Below are positions 10,390-20,156 of a DNA stretch of 64,000 nt, piece after piece (the first letter of the stretch is position 1; each line of letters starts with the position of its first letter). The translations under genes were made by a program, and so were the position numbers. Origin of the DNA: Candidatus Bathyarchaeia archaeon (GTDB lineage Archaea; Thermoproteota; Bathyarchaeia; Bathyarchaeales; Bathycorpusculaceae); contig JBEKKX010000007.1 in the NCBI GenBank assembly GCA_050010515.1, forward strand, positions 1 to 64,000. The letters run 5' to 3'. The notes under the pieces are model-generated. The model was not told the DNA's origin, ran no database searches, and was given only the letters and a program-made list of their open reading frames with translations.

Positions 10390-11379
10390 ATGCCGCAAGT
10401 AATAGAATGGACAAATGCAGGCCCAGACGCCATAGTTTGGAGGTACCCAAATGAAGATATCACATGGGGTGCCCAACTTGTCGTGCATGAGTATGAGATG
10501 GCAGTGTTCTTCAGGGATGGCAAAGCCTATGACGTTTTCAATGCTGGCAGGCACACGCTGACAACGTTGAATCTGCCTTTGCTTACAAGTTTGCTAACGC
10601 GTATAGCAGGGTTCGGTAGCAACAAGCCGTTTAAAGCGATGGTCATCTACATCGCTACTAAAGTTTTCAATGGCAAATGGGGTACAAGTGCACAAACTAC
10701 AGAGCTGGCTCCACTTAAAGTGTTTGGGCAATTCCTGTTCAAAATCGAAGATGCATCGCTGTTCGTGAATGAGGTTGTAGGTGGACAAAATGCTTTCGAC
10801 ACCGACGGTGTCAACGACTTTCTCCGAGGCTTCCTAAATGAAAAGATAATTGCAGAACTCTCTCACTACGACTTGATTACAGTCTTTACTAGGCTCCAAG
10901 AGACCTCTATTATTGTTAAGAACACGGTCTTAGACTACTTCAAACGCTTAGGCATCGAACTAACAGACTTACGTTTCGAAGGCATCGACACCACACCTGA
11001 GTACCGTGAACGGCTGTTTTGGCTTAAAACTGGAAGCACCCCAGCAGACACAGTCTTGCGCATGGAAACAGTGAAGAGTGCAGCGGCATCACTAGGAGCA
11101 TCAGGCGGTGGCGGCGGCGGAGCAGGCTTAGGCACAGGCATGGTGCTCATACCTCAAATTATGAATTCAGCAGGTCAAGTTCAGGCACAAGCACCTACAG
11201 CTGCCCTTGTGATATGTCCTAAATGCGGCGCGCATGTTCCAGCTACATCCAAGTTTTGCCCTGAATGCGGAACTACTCTCACGCCTCCATCAGCTGCCAC
11301 AATAAATTGCCCGAAATGCGGCCACTCGATCCCTGCGAGCTCCAAGTTCTGTCCCGAATGCGGCGCAACAATATCATAG
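10390..11379 (+). CDS. SPFH (band 7)-domain protein with double zinc ribbon (YdjI-like)
   Basis: GAQLVVHEYEMAVFFRDGK and two CPKCG...FCPECG repeats. Confidence 0.88.
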   Translation: MPQVIEWTNAGPDAIVWRYPNEDITWGAQLVVHEYEMAVFFRDGKAYDVFNAGRHTLTTLNLPLLTSLLTRIAGFGSNKPFKAMVIYIATKVFNGKWGTSAQTTELAPLKVFGQFLFKIEDASLFVNEVVGGQNAFDTDGVNDFLRGFLNEKIIAELSHYDLITVFTRLQETSIIVKNTVLDYFKRLGIELTDLRFEGIDTTPEYRERLFWLKTGSTPADTVLRMETVKSAAASLGASGGGGGGAGLGTGMVLIPQIMNSAGQVQAQAPTAALVICPKCGAHVPATSKFCPECGTTLTPPSAATINCPKCGHSIPASSKFCPECGATIS

Positions 11380-11391
11380 GATGGCAGGGTA

Positions 11392-11739
11392 ATGTCTGAA
11401 AGTAGACGACAACTGCTCTCAATAGGCGCTTTATTCATAATCGCAGTAGTCGCCATACTTCTTTATGCGGCAAAGTTAATCGGTCCATGGCTAAACATTT
11501 TTCCCACAATCTTCATTCTGTTCGGGGCATGGGAACTGGTTATGGCATTTATGCGTGCTCAAAGCCCTCAGAAATACGAGCGCACACCATTCGGTACATT
11601 GGAGATGGGTATAATTATCGTGGCTTTAGGCGTCGCTTGGCTCGTTTACAGCACAAACTGGCTTTACTCCCTTGCCTTGCTAATTCTTGTGCTCGGCGCG
11701 ATAGCCATCGCTTCGGCTCTAAGGCGAAAGAAACCTTAA
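11392..11739 (+). CDS. small 4-TM membrane protein
   Basis: Four hydrophobic segments and a basic C-terminus. Confidence 0.75.
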   Translation: MSESRRQLLSIGALFIIAVVAILLYAAKLIGPWLNIFPTIFILFGAWELVMAFMRAQSPQKYERTPFGTLEMGIIIVALGVAWLVYSTNWLYSLALLILVLGAIAIASALRRKKP

Positions 11740-11803
11740 GCCATTTTTCTCTAAACATTTTTCTATCTCAATGTGCAGTCACAATGGCAGAAGGCTCGAA
11801 GCT

Positions 11804-13405
11804 ATGACTGAAGAGATTATCGGGCGTGGCACATGGTACGACATGATGGCCAAGAAAGTAATCGACAGGGAGCGCCAGCTAGGCAGAAACATGGGTAAAA
11901 TCAGAACTGAGATGGGTCTTGGCGCCTCTGGTTTTCCGCACATCGGCAGCTTAGGTGATGCTGCACGCTCGTATACTGTTACGCTTGCTTTGAAGGGTTT
12001 AGGTTTCGATTCTGAGTTGGTTGCTTACTGCGACGACAAGGATGGCTTACGGAAAGTTCCGGTTGGGTTATCAAAAGATTTGGAGAAGTATCTTGGTTAC
12101 CCAGTGTCCAGTATTCCTGACCCGTTTGGTTGCCATGAAAGCTACGGTAAACACATGAGCTCGCTTCTGCTTGAATCCCTGGACAAGTGCGAGATAGAAT
12201 ACCGCTATTTTTCAGCTAAGGAAGTCTACGAGAAAGGTTTACTGTTAAACGAGATTAGAACCATTCTGTCCAATGCCAAGGCAGTAGGCGAAATTGTTAA
12301 AGAAGAAGTTGGTCAAGAACGCTACACTGAAGTCTTGCCTTTCTTCCCAGTCTGCCGCAACTGCGGGCGCATCTATACCACAAAAGCCTACAAGTTCGAC
12401 CCAAAAACTGACAAGGTCCTCTACAAATGCGAAGGCTTAGAGATACGTGATAGACTCATCGAGGGCTGTGGCTATGAAGGCGAAGCAGACATAAGTAAAG
12501 GTGAGGGAAAATTAACTTGGAAAGGTGAATTCGCCGCCCGCTGGAAAGCGCTGGACATACGGTTTGAAGCTTACGGAAAAGACATCGCTGACTCAGTAAA
12601 AATCAACGACCGAATATGCCGCGAAGTCCTATGTTTTGAGCCGCCTTCACACGCAAAATACGAAATGTTCCTCGATAAAAGCGGAAAGAAAATATCCAAA
12701 TCAGCTGGCAACGTTTTCACGCCGCAAGTGTGGTTCCGTTACGGTTCTCCTCAGTCGCTGCTTTTGCTGATGCTTAAACGGTTTGTTGGGACACGAAACT
12801 TGGACATGTCAGATATTCCACTGTACATGAATGAGCTTGATTTCCTCGAAGACGTGTATTTCGGCAAAAAACAAACCAGCGAAAAAGAAGCCACGAAGCT
12901 TAGGGGTTTGTTTGAGTACTGCTATGTCCTGAAGCCGCCAGCTAAGCCAAGCGTTCACGTGCCCTATAATTTGATGGCGTTTCTGGTTAAAATGGCGCCT
13001 AAAGAATGCGTAAACGATTATGTGGCTGAGAAACTGCAAAGCTACGGTTACCTACAAAAGGGTCAAGCCTTAGATGCTAATTTGAAACAGCGTATTGAGT
13101 ACACTTTGAATTGGATCAGAGATTTTGAAGAAATCAGAGAAACAGATGTCACTCTAACAAGCGAAGAGAAAAAAGCAATCAGTGAGTTAATCACAGAACT
13201 GGAAACTGAAGAAGAACCAGATAAAATTCAAAACGCCATCTTTAACGCTGCAAAAAACAACGGCATACAGCCCAGCGGCTTCTTCAAAACGCTATACAAG
13301 ATTTTGATGGGTGCACCGCAGGGTCCACGTTTAGGTCCATATGTACTTGCCATGGGCAAACAAAACGTCATAGCCGCTCTCAAAAGGGTCGTAAGCAAAA
13401 GTTAG
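11804..13405 (+). CDS. lysS: lysine--tRNA ligase, class I
   Basis: PHIGS (HIGH-like), KISKS (KMSKS-like), QGPRLG; probable ATG at 11804. Confidence 0.95.
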   Translation: MTEEIIGRGTWYDMMAKKVIDRERQLGRNMGKIRTEMGLGASGFPHIGSLGDAARSYTVTLALKGLGFDSELVAYCDDKDGLRKVPVGLSKDLEKYLGYPVSSIPDPFGCHESYGKHMSSLLLESLDKCEIEYRYFSAKEVYEKGLLLNEIRTILSNAKAVGEIVKEEVGQERYTEVLPFFPVCRNCGRIYTTKAYKFDPKTDKVLYKCEGLEIRDRLIEGCGYEGEADISKGEGKLTWKGEFAARWKALDIRFEAYGKDIADSVKINDRICREVLCFEPPSHAKYEMFLDKSGKKISKSAGNVFTPQVWFRYGSPQSLLLLMLKRFVGTRNLDMSDIPLYMNELDFLEDVYFGKKQTSEKEATKLRGLFEYCYVLKPPAKPSVHVPYNLMAFLVKMAPKECVNDYVAEKLQSYGYLQKGQALDANLKQRIEYTLNWIRDFEEIRETDVTLTSEEKKAISELITELETEEEPDKIQNAIFNAAKNNGIQPSGFFKTLYKILMGAPQGPRLGPYVLAMGKQNVIAALKRVVSKS

Positions 13406-13858
13406 CAGTTTAGGATTAAATTTCTTTTTTGAATTACAAAACTGTATGCTATGACCAGCATAAAAAGGGTTGTTTGAGAAGTTGATTTACCCGCAGGGCT
13501 GCCGCTTTTTGCTAGTTGAACAACCAAGCAAAAAGCATACCCCTCTTTAGGATAACAATATTGCGTTACCCTACCGATACCTCAATTTTAGACATAGTTT
13601 TTATTAGCTAAAATTGACCGACGAATGTTACATGAAAACTATAACTAATATTGGCACAACTAGTTTTAACGCTGCTCTTGCCAAATTGCTTTTCCCGTTC
13701 CGCATTTCTTTAATTAGTTAAAAGGCTTTTGGCAGCCACAATGCTGCCATTATGCAACCAAAGTTTGATTTTAATTAGACCAAAAGGCTTAACTTATCTT
13801 TTTCTCTAATAATACTTAGAGAATTGAGTTTTTTAGGCTTTGTTGGAGGAATTTATGG

Positions 13859-15490
13859 TTGAGTTATCAAAAAACTCTACCAAACATAAAACCAAAAAAA
13901 GAAACGCCCAAAGTAAACGTTAAAGAAGATAAAACCCCAAATTATACTTCTGCATCTTGCGATTTAGCTTTAGATAAAGAACGGCTAAAAAATATTTTAG
14001 AAAATATTCCTTCGGCTGTGATGGTTATTGAAAAGCCTGAGGGCAAAGTAACCTACGCCAATAAAAGGGCTATTGAGCTTAATGGCATAAACCCGTGTGG
14101 GCTCGAATTAAAGAATCTTGCAGTAAAGATATACAATCTGGATGGTAAGATTTGCCCAACCGAAGAACTGTATACATACAGAGCACTGTTTAAAGAAGAA
14201 ACAATGCGTAACGCACCGCCGCAAATTATTGAGCACATTAATGGAAAACGTTTTATAGTAAACGTAAGTGCAAAACCGCTCTACGATAAAGAAGGCAAAG
14301 CCAATGCTGCCGTAACTATTTTTGACGACGCAACTGAACGCGTCAAAATTCAAGAGGCACTTAAAGAAAGCGAAGAGAGGTTAAAAATGGCGCAGAGGAT
14401 TGCTCATGTAGGAAATTGGGAGTACTATGTTAAAGAAGATAGGGCAATTTGGTCTGAAGAGCTATTTCGCATATTTGGCTTAAAACCACAACGGTATGGC
14501 CCAAATACCACTTATTATGTCGCTCGAATTTATCCGCAAGACAGGGAAGCAATAAACAAAATAATGGAGCAAATGCTGTTTAAAGGTGTGATTTCTAAAG
14601 CAAGTTTCGATTACCGAATTATTAGAGAAGATGGCTCGGTTCGCACTATACATTCTGAACGGATGATCAGAGAAGTTGATGATGATAAAAAGCCAAAAAG
14701 GCTAGTCGGGGTAGAACAGGACATAACTGAGCGCAAGCAAATAGAGCAAAAACTTGGAGAACATACCAAGAATTTAGAAAAGCTTGTTGAAGAAAGAACA
14801 AAACAACTGAAAGATGCTGAACGCTTAGCCACTATTGGACAAACCGCAGGTATGATTGGCCATGATATTCGTAACCCACTGCAAGCTATTGTCGGAGAAC
14901 TGTTTTTGATAAAACAAGATGTCGATAGTTCACCCGATAGCCAATTCAAAAGAAATACGCAAGAAAGTTTAGGTACTATACAAGAGCAAATAGATTACAT
15001 AAACAAGATTGTTTCTGACTTGCAAGATTACGCAAGACCCCTCAAACCTGAACTGGTTGAAGTTGACCTTCGCCGTGTCATTCCGCAACTGCTTTCAACA
15101 GTGAATGTACCAAACAATATTCACGCTTTTGCAGAATGCGATAAGAAATTATCAAAACTGAATTTAGACTTAACTTTCCTAAAACGCATCCTTGTAAACC
15201 TTGTAACAAACGCTATTCAAGCCATGCCAAACGGGGGCAAACTAAAAATAAGAACTTTTGAGGAAGGTGATAATGTTTTCATAATCACTGCGGATACTGG
15301 CGTTGGAATTCCAGACGAAATAAAACCAAAAATCTTCCAGCCACTCATGACCACCAAATCTAAAGGGCAAGGCTTCGGATTAGCCGTTGTTAAACGCTTA
15401 GTTGAGGCACAGGGCGGCACAATAACTTTTGAAAGCAGAGTTGGCAAAGGAACAAAATTCAAAATAACCTTCCCTAAACAAACAAAATAA
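13859..15490 (+). CDS. PAS-domain sensor histidine kinase
   Basis: Two PAS domains, H-box GHDIRNPL, N-box NLVTNAIQA, DTGVG, GQGFGL. Confidence 0.93.
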   Translation: MSYQKTLPNIKPKKETPKVNVKEDKTPNYTSASCDLALDKERLKNILENIPSAVMVIEKPEGKVTYANKRAIELNGINPCGLELKNLAVKIYNLDGKICPTEELYTYRALFKEETMRNAPPQIIEHINGKRFIVNVSAKPLYDKEGKANAAVTIFDDATERVKIQEALKESEERLKMAQRIAHVGNWEYYVKEDRAIWSEELFRIFGLKPQRYGPNTTYYVARIYPQDREAINKIMEQMLFKGVISKASFDYRIIREDGSVRTIHSERMIREVDDDKKPKRLVGVEQDITERKQIEQKLGEHTKNLEKLVEERTKQLKDAERLATIGQTAGMIGHDIRNPLQAIVGELFLIKQDVDSSPDSQFKRNTQESLGTIQEQIDYINKIVSDLQDYARPLKPELVEVDLRRVIPQLLSTVNVPNNIHAFAECDKKLSKLNLDLTFLKRILVNLVTNAIQAMPNGGKLKIRTFEEGDNVFIITADTGVGIPDEIKPKIFQPLMTTKSKGQGFGLAVVKRLVEAQGGTITFESRVGKGTKFKITFPKQTK

Positions 15491-15575
15491 CACACGCCAT
15501 CTTAAACCACTATTTTTAAGTTTAAGCAAATTATTTACTATTCTGCCCTCATTTTCTGGGTACAAAACAAGCGTT

Positions 15576-15601
15576 GGGCTCGTCGTCTAGTACGGATTAT
15601 G
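15576..15601 (+). repeat. 26-bp copy of the 5' end of tRNA-Arg(GCG) (att-like scar)
   Basis: GGGCTCGTCGTCTAGTACGGATTATG is identical to 17248-17273. Confidence 0.9.
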
Positions 15602-15716
15602 CCATCGCTGGCGATATCGCCATACGCTAATTTCTCTGCGGCTTTTCTCTCTTTTTTTGCCTTCTTAATTTTAAGGGGTTCTCTGATGACCAGCGCGCTT
15701 TGATGATTTTGGATAG

Positions 15717-17006
15717 CTAGCCTTGTAGAATTTTCCCGTTTATTCTCTTCTTTTTTGCGACGATTACAGCAAATGCAGCACATGCCATAATGGCAACTAA
15801 TGAAAAATCGAGCGCTTGGTTAGGAAACTCTGGAATTGTTGGGGAAGGCACGGGTGGGGATGGTTGAGGAACCGTAATTGCACCAAAAGCGTATACGCTG
15901 TCGTCGTTTGAGCCGACGTAGACCACGCCGTTGGCAACCGCAGGAGAAGAATCTACAAGATTAACGGTCCCGTAAGTCCATATTGTGGTGCCTGTTGTAG
16001 CGTTCAAAGCGTAAACATTGTCGTCGTCTGAGCCAACGTAGACTATGCCGTTGGCGACCGCGGGAGAAGACTCTACCTGGTTACTTGTGGGGTAGCTCCA
16101 TATTTTGCTGCCTGTTGCGGCGTTTAAAGCGTACACGTTGTAGTCTTCTGAGCCAATGTAGACCACACCATTGGCAACGGCGGGACAAGAATCCACATAA
16201 TTGCCTGTGCCGAAGTTCCATATTTTGCTGCCTGTTGCGGCATTCAAAGCGTATACGCTGTTGTCGTCTGAGCCAACGTAGACTATGCCGTTGACAACTG
16301 CAGGAGAGGAATCCACTTCGTCGCCGGTTTCATAACTCCATATTTTGCTGCCTGTTGCGGCATTCAAAGCGTAAACATAGTCGTCTTCTGAACCAACGTA
16401 AACCACACCATTAACAACCGCGGGAGACGAGACCACGGAACTACCTGTGCTGTAGCTCCATATTTTTGTGCCTGTTGCGGCGTTTAAAGCGTAAACCTTG
16501 TTGTCGTCTGAGCCGATGTAGACTATGCTGTTGACAACTGCAGGGGAAGACTCCACCTTGTCGCCGGTTGTGTAACTCCATATTTTGGTACCGGTAGTAG
16601 CGTTTAAAGCGTAAACCTTGTGGTCCTCTGAGCCAACGTAGACTATGCCGTTGGCGACTGCAGAGGAAGAATCCACAGAACCGCCGGTCTTGTAACTCCA
16701 GATGTATACACCGGTTGCAGCGTTCAAAGCGTAAACATAGTGGTCATCTGAGCCAACATAAACCACCCCGTTTATAACAGCAGGAGAAGAATAATCTATA
16801 GAATTGCCGGTCGGGTAACTCCATAGGAGTTGGTTTGTAAGTGGCGCTGTTGAAGTGGAGTAGCCTGTGTGCGTTAGGTCATGACGGAATGTGGGCCACC
16901 AGTCCACCGTAGATTGTTGCGCCTTCACTTTTGGCGCGAAAACTGAAAACATCGATAAACACAAAAGCCCTATAAGGATCACAATTAGTATTCTCTTCAT
17001 TTCCAT
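15717..17006 (-). CDS. secreted PQQ-like beta-propeller repeat protein with PEF-type C-terminal anchor
   Basis: Signal peptide, about eight SSPAVxNGxVYVGSxD..VYALNAxTG..IW repeats, then IPEFP, a TM segment and a basic tail. Confidence 0.92.
   Translation of the reverse strand: MEMKRILIVILIGLLCLSMFSVFAPKVKAQQSTVDWWPTFRHDLTHTGYSTSTAPLTNQLLWSYPTGNSIDYSSPAVINGVVYVGSDDHYVYALNAATGVYIWSYKTGGSVDSSSAVANGIVYVGSEDHKVYALNATTGTKIWSYTTGDKVESSPAVVNSIVYIGSDDNKVYALNAATGTKIWSYSTGSSVVSSPAVVNGVVYVGSEDDYVYALNAATGSKIWSYETGDEVDSSPAVVNGIVYVGSDDNSVYALNAATGSKIWNFGTGNYVDSCPAVANGVVYIGSEDYNVYALNAATGSKIWSYPTSNQVESSPAVANGIVYVGSDDDNVYALNATTGTTIWTYGTVNLVDSSPAVANGVVYVGSNDDSVYAFGAITVPQPSPPVPSPTIPEFPNQALDFSLVAIMACAAFAVIVAKKKRINGKILQG
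15880..16830. repeat. 120-bp tandem coding repeats (propeller blades)
   Basis: Near-identical 40-codon units are visible at the DNA level. Confidence 0.85.
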
Positions 17007-17247
17007 CCATCTTCAAGAAATTCGCGGTTAACTTACTTACCCAAAATAAGCTTTTAAAATTTTCCATTTAGAACACCCGAGTTGCTGAAGTTCTGCGTTC
17101 AGATGGCTGCTTTTTTTTGCAGACGCTTAAAGAAAACGGAGCGAGACCAGGCGAGCATGGAGAATCGGATAAGGATGGCGTGAGCCTTTTCAGGAAACTT
17201 AAATAGCAGTATCGCCATGTCCGTAATTCATCCAAAACCATGGGAAA

Positions 17248-17323
17248 GGGCTCGTCGTCTAGTACGGATTATGACACCGGCCTGCGGAGCCGGAGGTCCT
17301 GGGTTCAAATCCCAGCGGGCCCG
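17248..17323 (+). tRNA. tRNA-Arg(GCG); integration target (contains attL)
   Basis: Cloverleaf GGGCTCG/CGGGCCC with anticodon arm CCGGC-CTGCGGA-GCCGG and TTCAAAT. This copy has no encoded CCA. Confidence 0.95.
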
Positions 17324-17549
17324 TTATTCTTTTGCTTAAATCAGCTTGATTTGCGCTCGGATTGCCATTACTAAAATCTGTAACGGCGTTACAATTTTCC
17401 GTAACGCTTAGCCCAGCGCCCTGAAGCAACGTCGCCTCGTCGCGCAGTTGTGCGCTTTTAGCCTTTATACGGCAACGTAGCACACGGCCGTAAGCTTTGT
17501 CAAATTTTTCAGGGGACTTTATGAATTCAAGTTCTACTTTGCTTAACAT
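17259..17549 (-). CDS. Int(N): N-terminal fragment of split SSV1-type integrase
   Basis: Reads through the att as GPLGFEPRTSGSAG, the same peptide that starts Int(C). The two halves join in frame to give 386 aa. Confidence 0.88.
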   Translation of the reverse strand: MLSKVELEFIKSPEKFDKAYGRVLRCRIKAKSAQLRDEATLLQGAGLSVTENCNAVTDFSNGNPSANQADLSKRITGPLGFEPRTSGSAGRCHNPY

Positions 17550-17675
17550 GCTTTCGCCTTAAAGTCTTAAAGGTTGGCTCACACTTAAAGCTTACCGTAT
17601 AAATTATCAGATGAATTATAGCATAAAATTTATAACTGCCTAAGCCTTTAAGCATTTAAGCGCTATAAAGCATTG

Positions 17676-17804
17676 TCCGGTGAATATTCACCGTGCAAAA
17701 GCATGGCCCAGTTGCATGATTCCACGGTGATTGAACACCGTACAAACAGACATACGTGCAACGGGCTTTAAATCAAAGCCCTTCCACGGTGATCGAACAC
17801 CGTG
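17676..17804. repeat. palindrome cluster 1 (3 x CACGGTG-N6-CACCGTR)
   Basis: Copies at about 17677 (spacer AATATT), 17723 (ATTGAA) and 17785 (ATCGAA). Confidence 0.9.
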
Positions 17805-17850
17805 TAGGACTGGAGCCGGGCTCAAAAGCGCGTAATGGAGTAGACTAAGA

Positions 17851-18012
17851 ATGCGAGAAGCAATAGGCAAGTTAACGTGTGGCCCTAAGAGTCGTACGGG
17901 CATACTGTACATTCCATCCGACTTGATGGTTGACAGTGCGTTTCCGTTTCAAGCGCCTGCAAAACTCAAGGTGATAATTGAGGGTGATAAGCTGATTATC
18001 GAAAAAGCTTAG
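17851..18012 (+). CDS. AbrB/MazE-like small DNA-binding protein (53 aa, absent from ORF track)
   Basis: Hand translation MREAIGKLTCGPKSRTGILYIPSDLMVDSAFPFQAPAKLKVIIEGDKLIIEKA fits the swapped-hairpin pattern (LYIP...LKVIIEGDKLIIEK). Confidence 0.7.
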   Translation: MREAIGKLTCGPKSRTGILYIPSDLMVDSAFPFQAPAKLKVIIEGDKLIIEKA

Positions 18013-18299
18013 GCTGAGCGAGAGTTTAGGAGCTCTAAAAAGTGTGATAATGCTCACCACTAAGTTAATATAAGCGCTAAACATGCAAATTCTTAGGGCT
18101 AAAAAAAAATTAACTGAAAGGTGTATGAGTTTTGATGCATTGTAAGTATTTGAACAGAATATTCCCTCGATGTTGGCTATCCGATTTTAACGCCTTAGAG
18201 GAGGGAAAGCAGTAATGCTTGGTCTGAACCTGACTCCGGAACAAAAGTTCTGCAAGCCAGCGGAAAGCAAACGCTTGAACGGGGAGAAGGTGCCATAAC

Positions 18300-19109
18300 A
18301 TGGCTAACAAATGGCACATGAGGATAATCAGTCCTAAGCCGAATGGACTTAAAGGCATAGAGCTCGCAACGGATGACGAGCTTAAAGAGATTAAACCATA
18401 TTTGGCAAAATTGAACATTCCATATGATGGCAACCAGATTTTCTATAACCTAAATCCAAAACCCGAAGAAAGCAAAGTTCTTGAGGACAAGTTTCCAGAG
18501 TTTAAAGCTGAAGTTCAAGAATACGGCTTTCTATCGCCTGCTGTGATGATTATTGAAGCATACGTTAACTTTTTTATGACCCGCTACGAACGCGAGGACC
18601 CAAAACTGAGAGACGACGCTGAGTGGCAGAAAAAACTTAAGCAGCAAAGGGATGGATTAAAGGCAGAAAAAGCGTTTGATTTAATCTTGCAGGGTATGGC
18701 TTTGCCCTTTAATTATCTAGAGCCTATAACTGATTGGCGCAAAGGTCATGGAGCACCGTTTCCTCAAACAAGCGATTTTTATGTGCCAGCACTTGGAAAA
18801 CTTGAGGTTAAAAGTGTTACCAGATGGAGTGGTGAAAATAGAGTCAACGTTAACAAGGCAGAGTGGTTTGATGCGGCGCCAAATTACTTGGTTGCTCTCA
18901 CTCACATAGGTGGAAAATTTGTTATGCTTTGCGGAGCGATGCGTTTTTCTGAAGTTAATAGCTATGCTGGCGGACCTTTTGACATTGCCACGAGCAAGCC
19001 TTTTCTAAGCATACCCCTTGAAGACCTTACAATTACAGCTATGAGATTGTACCAAGTTTTGTTTGACGTGGAGATTAGACTTGACAAGTTGGATAAAGTC
19101 CAAATTTGA
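18300..19109 (+). CDS. putative PD-(D/E)XK restriction-like nuclease
   Basis: GLKAE...SDF...LEVKS motif arrangement. Confidence 0.65.
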   Translation: MANKWHMRIISPKPNGLKGIELATDDELKEIKPYLAKLNIPYDGNQIFYNLNPKPEESKVLEDKFPEFKAEVQEYGFLSPAVMIIEAYVNFFMTRYEREDPKLRDDAEWQKKLKQQRDGLKAEKAFDLILQGMALPFNYLEPITDWRKGHGAPFPQTSDFYVPALGKLEVKSVTRWSGENRVNVNKAEWFDAAPNYLVALTHIGGKFVMLCGAMRFSEVNSYAGGPFDIATSKPFLSIPLEDLTITAMRLYQVLFDVEIRLDKLDKVQI

Positions 19110-19197
19110 ATTTGCCCAATAGCTGAATTAGCGTTAAAGTTAAGCATGCCTTTAGAAGAACAAGGTTTTAAGCGTACATGCGTCAGCAACTATTAGT

Positions 19198-19813
19198 CTA
19201 TCCAGTAGAATCGGGGTACACGTTGAATATAACATTGCATGGCGGAAATTGGTTATATTCATCAATTGGATAATAGCGCCAAGGTAGGTCCAAGGGTAGG
19301 ACTATTGTGCCGTTTGCTGATAACACAGCAGTTGAGTGAGCATAACTTGGGTCTACTTCAAAGTAATAATCTCCATACGATAAAGGTACCGTATAATTTG
19401 AAGATGTAATTTGTGTTAAAGTCGTCTCATATGAGTCATTATACATTGTTAAAGTTACGGCCGCATTACCCACACCGGTGTTATTTGCTGCGTACAGTAA
19501 GTGACCGTAGATAACATACTCAGCAATATAATATGAACCATAAGCTTCCATTGTTATATTTTCTGCAGTAATAGGTGTAACGTTAACAGTGCCAAATACA
19601 ACTTGATTGGAAAATGGAAGTGTGGGTGTTAAGTACGGTGTTGGCGTGGACAAGAGTGTTGGCGTGGGAGTGGGCTTTATAACATCTACATTATTGACAT
19701 TTTGAGCATGCGAGTTAAATGTTAAGCCCGATTACACCTGCAGAGCACACAATCGCAATTAATGCGGTGATGCATACGTACATGAGGCGACTGCGCTTTG
19801 GGCTATTCAACAC
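19198..19813 (-). pseudogene. membrane-anchored/secreted protein with PT linker, frameshifted near 19728
   Basis: The leader MLNSPKRSRLMYVCITALIAIVCSAGVIG is out of frame by one base with LTFNSHAQ...KPTPTPT and the 19198-19653 ORF. Confidence 0.65.
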
Positions 19814-19996
19814 GCTACACCTTTACTTGCTTTAACAGCTAAGTTAGCGCTTCCTGCTTAAAGCATTTGGGTTCGAAGCGCTTTTGCACATTAGGCTTTA
19901 AAATAGGCTCAGACTGCAAATCCCTCGCTTGTTGTCTGCGAGTACGCCATAAGATACAGCATATAGCAAATTAGCTTAAAGGTGCATACGCATTTC

Positions 19997-20098
19997 CACG
20001 GTGTTCAATCACCGTACAAAAGCATAGCTTCCAATGGGTAAAGCGCTACAGATGCACGGTGAATATTCACCGTAAGGTCATGGAGTACACCGTACAAA
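19997..20098. repeat. palindrome cluster 2
   Basis: Copies at 19997 (TTCAAT) and 20055 (AATATT), plus a half-site CACCGTACAAA at 20088. Confidence 0.9.
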
Positions 20099-20156
20099 GG
20101 GGCAAAGCGCTGCAGAACCAAGCGATGGTCGAATTGGCTGTTAACCTTGAGCCCAG

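Noticed and set aside
15880-16830. Tandem repeats as CRISPR or another non-coding array
   Set aside because: They are in-frame 120-bp units encoding beta-propeller blades.
17688-18433. Minus-strand track ORFs (17688-17912, 17872-18084, 18110-18433) and 20963-21163
   Set aside because: They run across repeats or antisense to better-supported genes, and their composition is not protein-like.
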